Of a DNA stretch of 64,000 nt, positions 1 to 13,335 are shown in pieces (positions within the stretch are counted from its first letter, which is position 1; every line of letters begins with the position of its first letter). Source of the stretch: Octopus vulgaris (taxonomy: Eukaryota). The notes below the pieces were generated by a model that ran no database searches, was not told the origin of the DNA, and saw only the letters and a list, made by a program, of their open reading frames with translations. Where the stretch lies: contig OX597833.1 of NCBI GenBank assembly GCA_951406725.2, forward strand, positions 15,748,001-15,812,000, read 5' to 3'. The translations under genes were made by a program, and so were the position numbers.

Positions 1-112
1 TAGAAGAGCATAGGCTCGAAACATAAAAGTGTTTTTCTGTTATTGAGCGTTATACTAATACATCTGTTTGTTTTCTACACCACCTGTCTTCGTATTTTTT
101 TTCGTAAACTCT

Positions 113-116
<4 letters not shown>
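1..116 (+). mobile_element. 3' part of hammerhead-like non-coding element (family F), cut by window edge
   Basis: GAAGAGC-ATAG-GCTCGAAAC plus T-rich tail closely matches 59795-59910; ends in (TA)n. Confidence 0.6.
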
Positions 117-199
<83 letters not shown>

Positions 200-843
200 A
201 ATAATTGAGACACTACTCTGTGTTTTGCTTCAGATCAACCAGTACTTGACCGTCTATACTGATGTGAACAGCGTATGTGTATTTCTGAATTATTTTCTCG
301 AAATCTCTAAAAGGAAGGGTGTATTCATGTATATTAAACTGGGTAAGAAACTATTTATATACCTCTTTATTCTTCTGTTTCTGGTAAGTGCTATTTACTC
401 TGTTTCTATCTAGAAATAAACGGAAATTACTGTTATTCCCTTCAAACTATCTGTTGGGACTTGTACATCAATGTTTTGAAAATTAATTATTTTCCATTAT
501 ATTTCACACAGAATGAGCGCCGAGTTGCTGATGCACAAATATTGTTATACCAAATATTCTACTCGAAACCTCATATTGAAGATGTTCCTTAATGGTTGGC
601 AATCATGTATAGGAGGACTTGGGGATCATCACAGCCTTGTGTTGAGAAGGGTAATTTGGGATTTGAATGAATGTATAATAAAGCAAAGATCGGAGGAGAT
701 GTTATCCATCTTTTATACTTTATCGGAGTAAGCAAATAATAAATAACACACGCTACCCAAAGACAAAAACCATGCTATACAACATTATAATTGGCCATAC
801 TCCACAAAGAATTACGGAATTTTCAGTTATTTATAGTATGGTT

Positions 844-1054
844 ACTCTTTTACTCTTTTACTTGTTTCAGTCATTTGACTGCGGCCATGCTGGAGCACCG
901 CCTTTAGTCGAGCAAATCGACCCCGGGACTTATTCTGTTGTAAGCCCAGTACTTATTCTATCGGTCTCTTTTGCCGAACCGCTAAGTGACGGGGACGTAA
1001 ACAAACCAGCATCGGTTGTCAAGCAATGCGAGGGGGACAAACACAGACACACAA

Positions 1055-1085
<31 letters not shown>

Positions 1086-1256
1086 CATATATACGACAGG
1101 CTTCTTTCAGCTTCCGTCTACCAAATCCACTCACAAGGCATTGGTCGGCCCGGGGCTATAGCAGAAGACACTTACTCAAGATGCCACGCAGTGGGACTGA
1201 ACCCGCAACCATGTGGTTGGTTAGCAAGCTACTTACCACACAGCCACTTCTGCCCC
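844..1256 (-). mobile_element. tRNA-derived SINE family A, full length
   Basis: A box TGGCTGTGTGG, B box GGTTCAGTCCC, internal (TA)/(TG) tract, tail GAAACAAGTAAAAGAG repeats; TATGGTT on both flanks. Confidence 0.9.
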
Positions 1257-1285
1257 TATGGTTGTATCTTTCTGATAAGAGCACT

Positions 1286-1286
<1 letters not shown>

Positions 1287-1372
<86 letters not shown>
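1287..1372. repeat. (CT)n microsatellite
   Basis: Perfect dinucleotide run. Confidence 0.95.
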
Positions 1373-1377
<5 letters not shown>

Positions 1378-1876
1378 GCTTCATATGGTATGGAAGTAGA
1401 ATTAAAAGTGCATAAACCTGAGCAGTGGTTTCGTGAATGAAACAAAAATTTCGAAGCAAGTTTGCGCAATGACGTCAAATGCAGTTCCGATTTTTTTTCT
1501 CTCATTTTTTTCTTTAACCTTCATTATTCTTTTTATATCTGTATCTCCATTTTTCCATCACTCATTATCTCTCACTCTCTTTCTGTCATTCTTTCTGTCT
1601 TGCACTCATTTTCTCAATGGAAAATGCAACATAGAAAAAGACGGCGGGAGAAATGCATAGAGACGGTGAGAACTGATGGTAATGATGACAGCTGCAGAAA
1701 ACTGTTTTTTATTCAATATTCCAATACACAATACAAGTAAACTGAACATGTTTCTCTTCTCTTTCATTTCGTCATCAATCTTACACAGACACACACAAAT
1801 ATTCTCTCTTTCTCTCAATCTCTCTCTCTCACTCTTTCTCCACCTCACTACCTCCGTATATAGTGATATATATATA

Positions 1877-1933
<57 letters not shown>

Positions 1934-2294
1934 AGGGTAAATAATTTCTATAATGGTTTTTAAAAAAAGACCACAATTATTTACTGGTAGAATTCGGTAT
2001 GAAATATATATCAAAAGTATATATGAAATATATATTCAATATGTTTATAATCCAGAAACATGATGTTCACAGATAACCACTAGACTTCGTTTTCGAATAT
2101 CTATCCCTTCTGTTTTGCATATGTGAATTACAGGGTTTGTCGTGCCTGGAGCCCCATTTGTGGAAATTAGAAATAAGCATTTTTGACTGCTATTTCTACT
2201 TTTTTCGGTATGCGGTCAAGCAACCTGTTGCCTGTCCCTTTTTCTTATATACAATATATATACTGAACTTTACAGAAGTTCCTGCCGGTAATCG

Positions 2295-2314
2295 GCTATA
2301 TATATTTATATCGG

Positions 2315-2362
<48 letters not shown>

Positions 2363-2405
2363 CTATGTATATACATATGTATCTAAGTATATATATATAT
2401 GTATG

Positions 2406-2440
<35 letters not shown>

Positions 2441-2613
2441 GTGTGTGTGTGTATATATATATATGTATATGTATATATGTATATATAAATATATATATAT
2501 GTATATACATATATATGTATATACATATATATATGTATATACATATATATATATATGTATATATATACATCTATATGTATATACATATATATATATATGT
2601 ATATATATACATA

Positions 2614-2690
<77 letters not shown>

Positions 2691-2751
2691 GTGTGTATAT
2701 ATACATATATATATATATATATACATATATATGTATATATATATATACATA

Positions 2752-2796
<45 letters not shown>

Positions 2797-2939
2797 GTAT
2801 ATATATATATATATATTATATATTTATATATATATATATATATTCATATATATGTATGTATATATATATAATGGCATTATTAAATTAATATCAATTTTTC
2901 ACCCTCGTTTATAAATATATGTATATATATATATGTATG

Positions 2940-2979
<40 letters not shown>

Positions 2980-3022
2980 GCACACACACGTACACACGCA
3001 TATATATATATATATATATATA
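2295..3022. repeat. Compound (TA)n/(TATG)n microsatellite
   Basis: Direct reading; source of the YI-repeat ORFs. Confidence 0.95.
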
Positions 3023-3504
3023 TGATGGACTCTTCCATCGGTTTTGATGTACGTGGATCCGACAACCTGTATTTTCTTTGTCAGTGGTAAAGCTTTAAAT
3101 ACATGTGTGTGTGTGTGTGTGCATGAATATATGTGTGTGTAAAATTGACAGAATTAATAGGTTATATGAATTTACTCAGTCATTATATACTCGCAGCTGT
3201 TTTAGATATGCTATCCATAACTCTGGAATAAATAAATAAAAGTATATTACAGATTTGACAAGGCAAAAAGCGAGAGTAGATCTCAAGACATGAGTGTATA
3301 TATGTATATATATTTATTTTATTAACGCTTACAAGAAGCAAGAAACTGAGCAAAGGGTTATACATATATAAACCTGTCATAAAGATATTTCCCTGAAAAT
3401 TTCATACGTTTCGAAAGGTTTGTCCGTTCAATAAGTAAATACGTAAATACATAAATAAATAGGAAAAAGACTGGGAAAGCCAGTGAATATAGATGCAGTA
3501 TATA

Positions 3505-3830
3505 TGCAGGAGTGGCTGTGTGGTAAGTAGCTTGCTTGGCACAAGGACAGTAATTCTATGGGTGGGAAGTAAGTTATTTACATCGACTAGTACTTTTTTT
3601 TTGTCTCTGAAAGAATGAAAGGCGGAATTTGAACTCAGAGCGTAAAACTGCCCTCGTGGCAAATTATAATGAAATAAAGTAGCTTGCTTACCGACTACAT
3701 GGTTCCGGGTTCAGTCCCACAGTGTGGCAACTGGGGAAAAGTGTCTTCTGCTATAGCATCGGGCCGACCGAAGCCTTGTGAGTGGATTTGGTAGACGTAA
3801 ACTGAAAGAAGACGTAAACTGAAACATGTG
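3505..3830 (+). mobile_element. SINE A 5' half interrupted by a 139-bp insertion
   Basis: Head split by 3538-3676 with duplication AAGTAGCTTGCTT (3525-3537 and 3677-3689); the insert includes a minus-strand SINE-D fragment. Confidence 0.8.
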
Positions 3831-3848
3831 TGTGTGTGTGCGTATGTT

Positions 3849-3933
<85 letters not shown>

Positions 3934-4804
3934 TGTGTGAAATATTTCTATTTACTATATATTAGCGTACAGAAATCCAGTCACTATCATAGAAGAACGT
4001 TTATGTATTGTATTAAATTTTAGAGATTAGTCAAATCACAACATTGATATAGTTTAACCGATCAGTGGCGTGATATTCATTCTACAAATCCTAATCTAAC
4101 GCGTATTTAACTATCGGCTATTTCTCTTCTATGGACAACGTCGTGTTGAGACAATCAAACCGATTCCAGGGCATAAATTTTTCAACTGTGGGTCCCGTTG
4201 CCAAGCTACCAAGTTTTGGAAAGTAAACAAATCAACTACCAAATTCACACACAATGTATTGGTCATCTAGTGACTATACTCGAAGACACATGTTCAAGGT
4301 GCTCCGCAGTGGGTCTGAACCCGGAACTATCTGGTTGCAAAGTGAGCTTCTTAACTAGACAACCAGGTATAAATATTACATGACATTTGTCTTGTATCTT
4401 ACAACCAATTACTCGAGTCAGCCTTAGATTCTTGGCTCAATATATTCATTCACATGAAAAACACTTGCTAACAAGACTTGTATCAGAGTTTACAACGAAC
4501 GCCTGTATTATCTAATTTAAACATGGAAAATGAAATATATTTTCTATTCTACGTGTTATCAGTTAATCGTAAGAGAAACTAAATTAAGTTTTCAACTAAC
4601 AAATTATAGATTCTCAGAGATTATTATAGTTCTTGCCAAACCCCACAAAAATATCACAAATAATATGCATTGGTGAGCACAACATTTTTAGAAAGAGTCA
4701 GAAATCCAACTGTTACATATAAATTTATGTACTTAAATGTTTATACATATATATATGGAAAGACATACGTAAGGATACATAAAGTCACACACACACACAG
4801 AGGC

Positions 4805-4840
<36 letters not shown>

Positions 4841-4843
<3 letters not shown>

Positions 4844-5332
4844 AGAAAAAAGCAACAAGAATGGTTTAGATGTTCAGTACAATTGTTTCATACGAAGAAC
4901 AGCTTTATTAAAAGCTGCAAATATTTCCTGATTTATATCAGGAAATTATACCTACTTTATTATGGATAAATTCATCGTCTCTGAGTATGAAATATCTCCT
5001 CATATCTCTGGAAATTACACCTACATTATTATGGATGGATTTACCTTTTCTGTGAAGCTAACAAGCTTTTTTAAAACCTTTTATAAAACTGTTCATCATT
5101 TGAGAACTTTGGAAGTCTGCTTACAATCTAAATTTGCTTTTTATAGAACGCTCTTCGATACTTCATGAGTGTAGCCTTACCCCCTAGGATGTTTGGAAAA
5201 CTAATATGTGTTTTGGCTGAGGAATACGGGACACTTGTATTTGCTGCAATATTTGCAGCTTTTAATAAAGCTGTTCTTCGTATGAAACAATTGTACTGAA
5301 CATCTAATCCATTCTTGTTGCTTTTTTCTTGT
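4841..5332 (+). mobile_element. Penelope-like non-autonomous element with ~85-bp inverted repeats
   Basis: 4841-4925 is the near-perfect reverse complement of 5248-5332; left end abuts (TA)n; carries a hammerhead motif. Confidence 0.7.
5209..5302 (+). ncRNA. Type I hammerhead ribozyme candidate with long stem II
   Basis: CUGAGGA (5217-5223), stem II AUACG/CGUAU, GAAA (5284-5287), palindromic CAAUUG, GUA site, wobble-rich stem I. Confidence 0.65.
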
Positions 5333-5454
5333 TTATAATTACCCCACATTATTTTATGGTTAATACCATATAGATTTCTGGTGCATCTAAGTTAAGTACC
5401 GCATTCATGTGAATTCATTGGAACTCACTTGAATTTTAATTGCTTTTACTGAAA

Positions 5455-5533
<79 letters not shown>

Positions 5534-5534
5534 G

Positions 5535-5728
5535 TAGACGTAGGAGTGGGTGGTAGTTTACATGGCAAATTTAATGAATAAAAGTAGTTTCCTTATCAAC
5601 CACGTGGTTTCGGGTTCAGTCCCACTGCGTGTTAGCTTGGGCAAGTGTCTTCTACTATAGCCTCGGGCCGACCAAAGCCTTGTGAATGGATTTGGTAGAA
5701 GCCTGTCGTATATATGTATATATACATA

Positions 5729-5763
<35 letters not shown>

Positions 5764-5974
5764 CTGTGTGTCTGTGTTTGTCTCCCCAACATCGTGTGAC
5801 AACCAATGCTGGTGTGTTTACGTCCTCGTAACCTAGCGGTTCAGCAAATGAGACCGATAGAATAAGTACTATGCTTACAAAGAATAAGTCCTGGGGTAGA
5901 TTCGCTCGACTAAAGGTGGTGCTCCAGCATGGCCACAGTCAAATGACTGAAACAGTTAAAAGAGTAAAAGAGTA
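5535..5974 (+). mobile_element. SINE A with a short insertion in the head
   Basis: Matches other A copies; extra GGCAAATTTAATGAATAA after the A box. Confidence 0.85.
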
Positions 5975-6558
5975 TATAATATGAAAAGGCTTGGATGTAC
6001 GTTTACAATGCATACTTCCCTAACATGGGATCTTCGCCCACTCCCACTGCGTGGAACCTCGGACTGGTTTATCAACCTCGGGCTGAACCACTGATAGGAT
6101 GATAGAAATCACTTATAGGAACTAAAGTTATTCTAGAAAAGTCTATAAAATTCGACCTTTGACTGTCCTCTTACATTTCACTTCCATTAAATATATGTAC
6201 TTCTCAGTTTTTAAGCTTTATTCGTATTCACCTATCGCTCTATATCTCTCCACTATTAGTTTTCTGCTAATTTCTTTCTTTCTCCTCCTTCTCTTTCTAT
6301 AAACGTCCTTGACGTTGTATGTACTAACGTTTTTTTTTTTTTTTTAATTTGCTAGCGTTCCCTTTATCATATACGTAGTCATCACATTCTGTTAAAATGG
6401 CTTATTGATGTGTTTGCTTTTGCTTTCTTTCTTTCCCCCTAATGAGAAAATTGTATTGTTTTACAACATTTTATTCCTTCTGGAATAATAGCAATGTTTT
6501 CTTTGAAACATATGTCAGAAGTAAAAAGATTTAAATATAGCACCTGCATTTAGATCTC

Positions 6559-6651
<93 letters not shown>

Positions 6652-7294
6652 TTATATTGAAAATTGTATATTTATTTCGTCATTATATTTACTGCGGTGA
6701 TATTTTGACCATATCGCCCGAGGAGTTATAGGCGAGCAATGTAGGCTGGTCGTGTTGCTTACGTGCATATATATGTGTCTATACGTTCGTATATGTAAGT
6801 ATTCGTATGTTAAAAGTATATATATATATGTGTATTTATGTTACTATCTGTGTATATTCCACTGATGAGGCAAAGCATTTCTTATGCAGAATCAGAAATG
6901 CGGGATCTGGAATTATCCAGTAATTTTTTTAGCTAGTTTATTTTGTCCCTTTATCTTCTCTCCTACTGTGGTTTTAAAGTGAAGTTTTGTCTGCTATTTC
7001 CAGCGCGGTGGTTTCTCTTAGTTACCCTAAATTATAATTTTAATATTAATAATATTTATACATATATATGGAGGGTGAATAATAAGAGGGTTAAGGAGGT
7101 TACTTGGAAGAGGGTGAGGGGAAGTGTTGGAAGGGTAGGAGAGCGGTTTTCGCAACCTACTTCCCCTTTACCCAATGGTATAATTGAGAATGTTATAGAA
7201 GGGAGCTTCTGCCCCCTTCTTGGAGGGAAGGTGTCACCTCCTCCTTTTACTGTCTAGTATGTAATATTAGTCATCGGTATACAATATTTTTATT

Positions 7295-7600
7295 ATCTCA
7301 ATCCAAGTATAATTACTCACATCTAACTTAAAGTAGAAATATCCAGTTTTCGTAAGTCGAGTTGCTCCAAGAATATTAAAAATAAATAAAGTACGTTATC
7401 AGCATATAATAATTCTTTTGAATCACTATCCAAGGATAAATATTCACATCGGATTTAAGTGTAAAATATAAAGTATTAATAAGGCGATTTGTTCCAGAAT
7501 TATCTAGAATATGCATCGGAAGTTTATCAAGATATAACATTCTCTAATCCCTATCCAAGTAGAAATAATCATATCGGATTTAAATATGAAATATTGAGCG
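7295..7600. repeat. Degenerate ~126-bp tandem repeat, about 2.5 units
   Basis: ATCCAAG...CAYATC...TTAA recurs at 7301, 7428 and 7553. Confidence 0.65.
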
Positions 7601-7665
7601 TACTCTAGCTAATTATATTTGGTATATTCCTCGAATATATATATATTGTTATCTTACCGTTTTAT

Positions 7666-7701
<36 letters not shown>

Positions 7702-7702
<1 letters not shown>

Positions 7703-8139
7703 AGTACAGTTGTCACTAAAGTGACGGAGGGTGTTAGTAAGCGCCAGCATTGCTAGAAATAAATGTCAAAACAACTCTTAGCTACATGAGAGCACTTTTA
7801 TAATGGCTGACAAGGGAGACAGGCTCCCTCCTCACGAAAAGCGAGATGGAGTTATATCAGCGCTGATTTCAGATTTAATCAATCTTCATCAGTGACCAAT
7901 TTCTTCATCGCCAAGGGTTACGGAACCTAAGTAATCCTGTCAGCCTTACTTAGATTCTTTAACACTTGGCGATGAAGTAATGGATCACTGATGAAGATTT
8001 ATTAAGTCTGAAATCATTCATGATATGATTCCATCTCGCTTGTCGTAAGGAGGGAGCCTGCCTCCCTTGTCAACCGTTGGAAATGTGCTCATGATGGAGA
8101 TTACTAACACCCTCCGTCACTTTGGTGACGACTGTACTT
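7702..8139. mobile_element. Foldback element with ~200-bp imperfect arms, each holding a hammerhead motif (Penelope-like)
   Basis: AAGTACAGTTGTCACTAAAGTGACGGAGGGTGTTAGTAA pairs with TTACTAACACCCTCCGTCACTTTGGTGACGACTGTACTT; pairing continues to a short loop near 7935-7945. Confidence 0.8.
7982..8032 (+). ncRNA. Minimal type I hammerhead ribozyme candidate
   Basis: GGAUCA-CUGAUGA-AGAUU/AGUCU-GAAA-UCA(UUCA)UGA-UA-UGAUUCC; all core nucleotides present. Confidence 0.75.
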
Positions 8140-8383
8140 TCAGCTTAATGTCATATATACACGTGTGTGTGTATATGTGTGTAGGTGTCTTTGTGTATGT
8201 GGTTGTCTCCCACTACCGCTTGACAACAGGCATTGGTGTGTTTACGTCCCTGTAGGCTAGCGGTTCAACAAGGAAGAACCGATATAAAAAATAAATTCGC
8301 GTGCTCCAGTATGGCTGTCGTCATACGGCTGAAACAAAACAAAAGGAATAGAAGGATATATACATGTATTTATATGTATTTAT

Positions 8384-8710
8384 GCATGGCTCAGTGGTTA
8401 GAGCGTCGAGCTTACGATCGTGAGGTTGTGAGCTCGAATCCCGGACCGGGCTGCGTGTTGTGTTCTTGAGCAAAGCACTTTATTTCACGTTGCTCCAGTT
8501 CACTCAGCTGTAGAAATGAGTTGCGACGTCACTGGTGCCAAGCTGTATCGACCTTTGTCTTTCCCTTGGATAACACTGGTGGCGTGGAGAGGGGAGGCTG
8601 GTATGCATCGGCGACTGCTGGTCTTCCATAAACAACCATGCCCGGACTTGTGCCTGGGAGGGTAACTTTCTAGGTGCAATCCCATGGTCATTCATGACCG
8701 AAGGGGGTCT
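8384..8710 (+). mobile_element. tRNA-derived CORE-like SINE family C
   Basis: A box TGGCTCAGTGG, B-box-like GCTCGAATCCC, CORE-like TGTGTTCTTGAGCAA..CACTT, tail ATGACCGAAGGGGGTC. Confidence 0.85.
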
Positions 8711-8774
8711 TTTATGCATGTGTTTATAAATATGTATATATGTATGCATACATGTGTGTATTTAAAAAATTAAA

Positions 8775-8960
8775 CACGCCTGGCAAAATGCTAAGCGGCA
8801 TTTCGTCCGTCTTTACGTCCTGATTTCAAATTTCACCGAGGTCGACTTTGGCTTTCGTCAGCTCAGGGTCGATTGAATAAGTACCAGATAGACAGGGGTC
8901 GATCTAATAGAGTTACCCGCTTTCCCCAAAATTGCTGTCCTTGTGACACAACCTGAGATT
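8775..8960 (+). mobile_element. SINE D, older copy with non-Tx1 tail
   Basis: CCGAGGTCGACTTTG...GGGTCGAT..AATAAGTACCAG central domain. Confidence 0.75.
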
Positions 8961-8984
8961 AATCTTCTTTTAGTCTCTCAATAC

Positions 8985-9110
8985 AGCCAACTGTCGGATC
9001 CTCCCTAGATTTTCTAGAGAAATGACACAGGTTTTGGTTGGGTTTGGAAATCCAATGGAATTTCTTCGGATATTGCAAAAGTCTTCGATTGCTGGCACCC
9101 AATATTTTCT
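8985..9110 (+). pseudogene. Decayed LINE reverse transcriptase fragment (CR1/L2 group)
   Basis: Translates as SDIAKVFDCWH, resembling the LDISKAFDRVWH RT motif. Confidence 0.45.
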
Positions 9111-11606
9111 CGTCTCGGAGCATGTATAGTAATTTCCCGCGCGATATGTATTAACTCAATTCCACTTTTTGAATACTGCTCCAGTAAGGCCGCAGCCTAA
9201 TAACTAAAACGAAAGAAAAAAGATAAATGATAAGTGTTTTATTTATTCAAATCCAGCAACACCGAGGTCCTGATAGCGTCTATTGTTGATGATCATAGAA
9301 AAAGGACCTCACTTAGGAGCTGGGATTATTTTTAACTTAATGGTATGGTAAGCATATCGAGAATGGAACCATTTTCTCCCTCTGGAGTCAAAATGGTGAG
9401 TTCGACCTCATAGTTAATAACAACCATAGAAGCATATTTTGAACTGAGTTTGCTTCGTATTCTTCAAGCGGCTGCCACGAGGATGCGTTTCACCAAACTT
9501 AATCGTAAGCAATTTTCTACCCGACAACCCACAATTTCTTATGCTACTCCTTATTGTCAACTTATAAATAACTCAACTATTTTATGTAGTTGAGTGTTAT
9601 TCGCCGTGTATTGGGGCGCAAACCTCAAAAAAGTATAACATCTGATTCAATGTGCACTTAGTATGATAGTTGTAACCGACAACGCCTATCTTCTGCGAAT
9701 GTACCCATAAATCCCAAAATATTCTATTTGATCTTATGTCCAATCAAAACGTTTTGAGAGCTCATGAGCAGCCTGATGAACGTACCACTAAGTCGAACTT
9801 TTCGCTCATTTTCCATAGCCAAAATATTGGCTCCATGTACAAGATGCAATCGTCCTACTTTCTAAAACAAGATTAGCTTTCTTGTCTCTGAAGTTCTTGA
9901 TTACTAAATGTTGTGAATATTATTTAAAAACATTCTAGGATTATTTAGTTTAGAGTTATCGTGAAAATCTACTTATCATTGAACATATAGGATTTTTGGC
10001 GCTTGAAGTTACTGAGCATCTTGCCTTTTGCGCTGAAGTTGGGGCAAATTAATGGGTGGATTTCTTCCTGAATAATGGCCACATCTTCAGATGTCATTCT
10101 ACTGACAAACAAAACTATTTCGAAAATAAGCTGTTACTTCTATCGGAAAAACAACTTAACTAGACAATTTTGATGAGTGTCTAGTATTTATTGAATACTA
10201 CATATTGTAATATAAGTTCTTCCGTAGAATATCCAGTTTTATCATTTCTTCGTCTCAATTTATTTTCAGTGAGAGGCTATGGGAAATCTGTGTTTCTTTC
10301 ATCATTAAACCTCTGTAATAATTACATCTAACACACGATAGAGAGAATGAACATTAAGCATACAGCTGTAACATTTCGATTAACTTTGGCAACAGTTGCA
10401 GTGAAACACTAACAGTTTCTGGATAGTTTTATTCTTCCCCTACGAATAGCAGATTCGTAATACATTAGATAGTTATCATTAATTTGGTTACAGATAACAG
10501 AGATAACAATAGTTATCATTAATTTGGTTACAGATAACTGAGAGATAATAATCAATGTGCTGCAGTTTTCTAGGAGATTGTCGCATCTGTGTAGACAGAC
10601 GATAATTTAACTATAAACAATATGGCGTTCAAATCGTCTGCCTATAGTTGGTCATAATGTGATATTGTAAAGCAAATCGATCGTCTGGTGATTTGTTGTT
10701 GCAAAAATCAGAATCTGCCATAAGTAATAAATAAAAAGAACTAAATATAAGACTTATGTTTATCATTTCTCTTAAGCATATCATGAGTGACATGTTGTGA
10801 TATTTTAATAAGAATTTATCATCATCATTTTATCCAGTCAGTAGTAAACATGACATAATTTGATAAGAGTATTTCCTCTCTAGACACACTACAATTGTAA
10901 TTCAGTTTTTAAACAGATCGGACATCGTGACAAAAAAAGAAGAGAAAACTACATTAATAGAAATACATACAACTATATACAAAAACGTTTGGACGTGTGT
11001 GTGTATGTGTACAATATATGCGCAGCGTGTGTCTGTTCTAGGGAAGATTTTCTTTTAGACTTATGGAGTTGAAAACACGATTGAGTTCTAATGTTTTTTT
11101 CTTTTTTGTTTATATTAACAAATTCTCATTTCGATGAATCTTACGCTTATATTTCGTTTGGAACGATAAGGTTATGAAATTTCCTCTTTACAAAAGTTTG
11201 CTGTCTATCTCACCTAATCTTCTGGGCGAGACGATGCTTTCCCATCTCTGCTCCTCCTTTCGTATAAATTTCCCCACCATATCTTGAGAGTGACAGCTTT
11301 GGTGTTCTATGAGATTACATTTAATGTTGTAAAGTATATATGTTGTGTGCTTATTTTACACTTTAAATCTAGCGCATTGTCTTCTATTTATAATTAAAGA
11401 GATAAAATGCAGTATTATTTTCCATAATATTTTACGAAGCGGCTTTTTGTACGGTAGGTGACATAGTACGTTATAAATTCTTCTTATATTAAGGGGTGGG
11501 GGAGAAAGCGTTGTACTCGTCTAACTAATATATATACCTATCCTACTATGTATATACACCACACACATGCACACACACACACGTATAGACACTGACATGC
11601 GCACAC

Positions 11607-11677
<71 letters not shown>

Positions 11678-11686
11678 CAGCCTTTA

Positions 11687-12040
11687 GTGAAGGCGCGTGG
11701 CTCAGTGGTTAGAGCGTCGAGCTTACGATCGTGAGGTTGTGAGCTCGAATCCCGGACCGGGCTGCGTGTTGTGTTCTTGAGCAAGACACTTTATCTCACG
11801 TTGCTCCAGTTCACTCAGCTGTAGAAATGAGTTGCGACGTCACTGGTGCCAAGCTGTATCGGCCCTTGCCTTTCCCTTGGACAACATCGGTGACGTGGAG
11901 AGGGGAGGCCGGTATGCATGGGCGACTGCTGGTCTTACATAAAAAAAAAAAAAAAAAAACCCAACCTTGCCCAGACTTGTGCCTCAGAGGGTAACTCTCT
12001 AGGTGCAAACCCATGGTCAGTGTCTGACCGAAGGGGGTCA
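11687..12040 (+). mobile_element. SINE C, full length
   Basis: Close match to 8384-8710; ATACAATCA near both ends. Confidence 0.9.
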
Positions 12041-12098
12041 CCATATACAATCAAAGCAATTGTACTAAAAACTAATCCATTCTTGTTGCTTCTTTCTC

Positions 12099-12132
<34 letters not shown>

Positions 12133-12236
12133 CGAGTTGCATGTGATTCATGTCCTAAAGCGAGAGTGTTATACTCGCCTAGCTAATGTAACGATATTCC
12201 CACGTACACACACACACACAAATATATATATATGCT

Positions 12237-12563
12237 GAGACCCCTTTCGGCCATGACTGACCATAGGATTGCACCTAGAAAGTTACCCTCCGAGGCACAA
12301 GTACGGGCAAGGTTGTTAATGGAAGACCAGCAGTCGTCCATGCAAACCGGCCTCCCCTCTCCACAACACTGATGTTTTCAAAGGGAAAGGCAAAGGGGCC
12401 AATACAGCTTGGCACCAGTGACGTCGCAACTGATTTCTACAGCTAAGTCAACTGGAGCATTGTGGAATGGAGTGTCTTGCTCAAGAACACAACACGCAGT
12501 CCGGTTTGGGATTCGCGCTCACAACCTCACGATCGTAAGCTCGACGCTCTAGCCAGTGAGCCA
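12237..12563 (-). mobile_element. SINE C, inverted relative to its neighbour
   Basis: Reverse complement of the 11687-12040 family. Confidence 0.9.
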
Positions 12564-12819
12564 ATCAGAAGCATAACAGGAAGAATACAACAGACGGAAA
12601 CCAACAAAACACAACATGCGGGGAAAAAGACGATAGCAGGACAAACGGCAAACATGACAGAAACAAGATACACGGATCGTTCGCAGCCGATTCCCTTAAA
12701 GTCTTTGTAGTTTCGCCCATCCACCCTTACATATAATGCCATTGACAAAAACTAGGCAAACATTACGGGTGATTAACATGAAACCTCTCACACATTGGCA
12801 TTAGATTTTCTCAACCTGA

Positions 12820-12957
12820 GCTTTGACACTTTCATCCTTTCGGTGTCGATAAATAAAGTACCAGTTTCTCACTGGGGTCGATGTAATCAACTTAATCCCT
12901 TTGTCTGTCCTTGTTTGTCCCCTCTATGTTTAGTCCCTTGTGGGCAATAAAGAAATA
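12820..12957 (+). mobile_element. 5'-truncated SINE D with Tx1-like tail
   Basis: Central domain plus TTGTCCCCTCTATGTTTAGTCCCTTGTGGGCAATAAAGAAA. Confidence 0.8.
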
Positions 12958-13335
12958 TATATCGCATAACATACATATATTATTTGATGAATGTACGTAA
13001 ACATACACTCATCGTTTAAACTGAATGAATGTTTATTAAAATGAATAAACATACATTAATTTTCGTTGATGAATATGCATCAAATAAAATTATAAATGGT
13101 GATGGAATGGGAACAACTCATTATACTTGCAATATAACGTGCACTTAATGTCTCATTAATGTGTGTTCAATACATTCTTTGTTTGTTGCAACTAGATTGT
13201 GCTGAGAATGAATTTGGTTAAATAGCAAAAAAAAAAAAAAAAATGAAACAGATCTGGGGAAATTATTGTCATATTTTTTGCTAGCTACTCACAGATGTAT
13301 AGAAATTATGAGTGGCCTTAGGGACGTGCCGTTCC

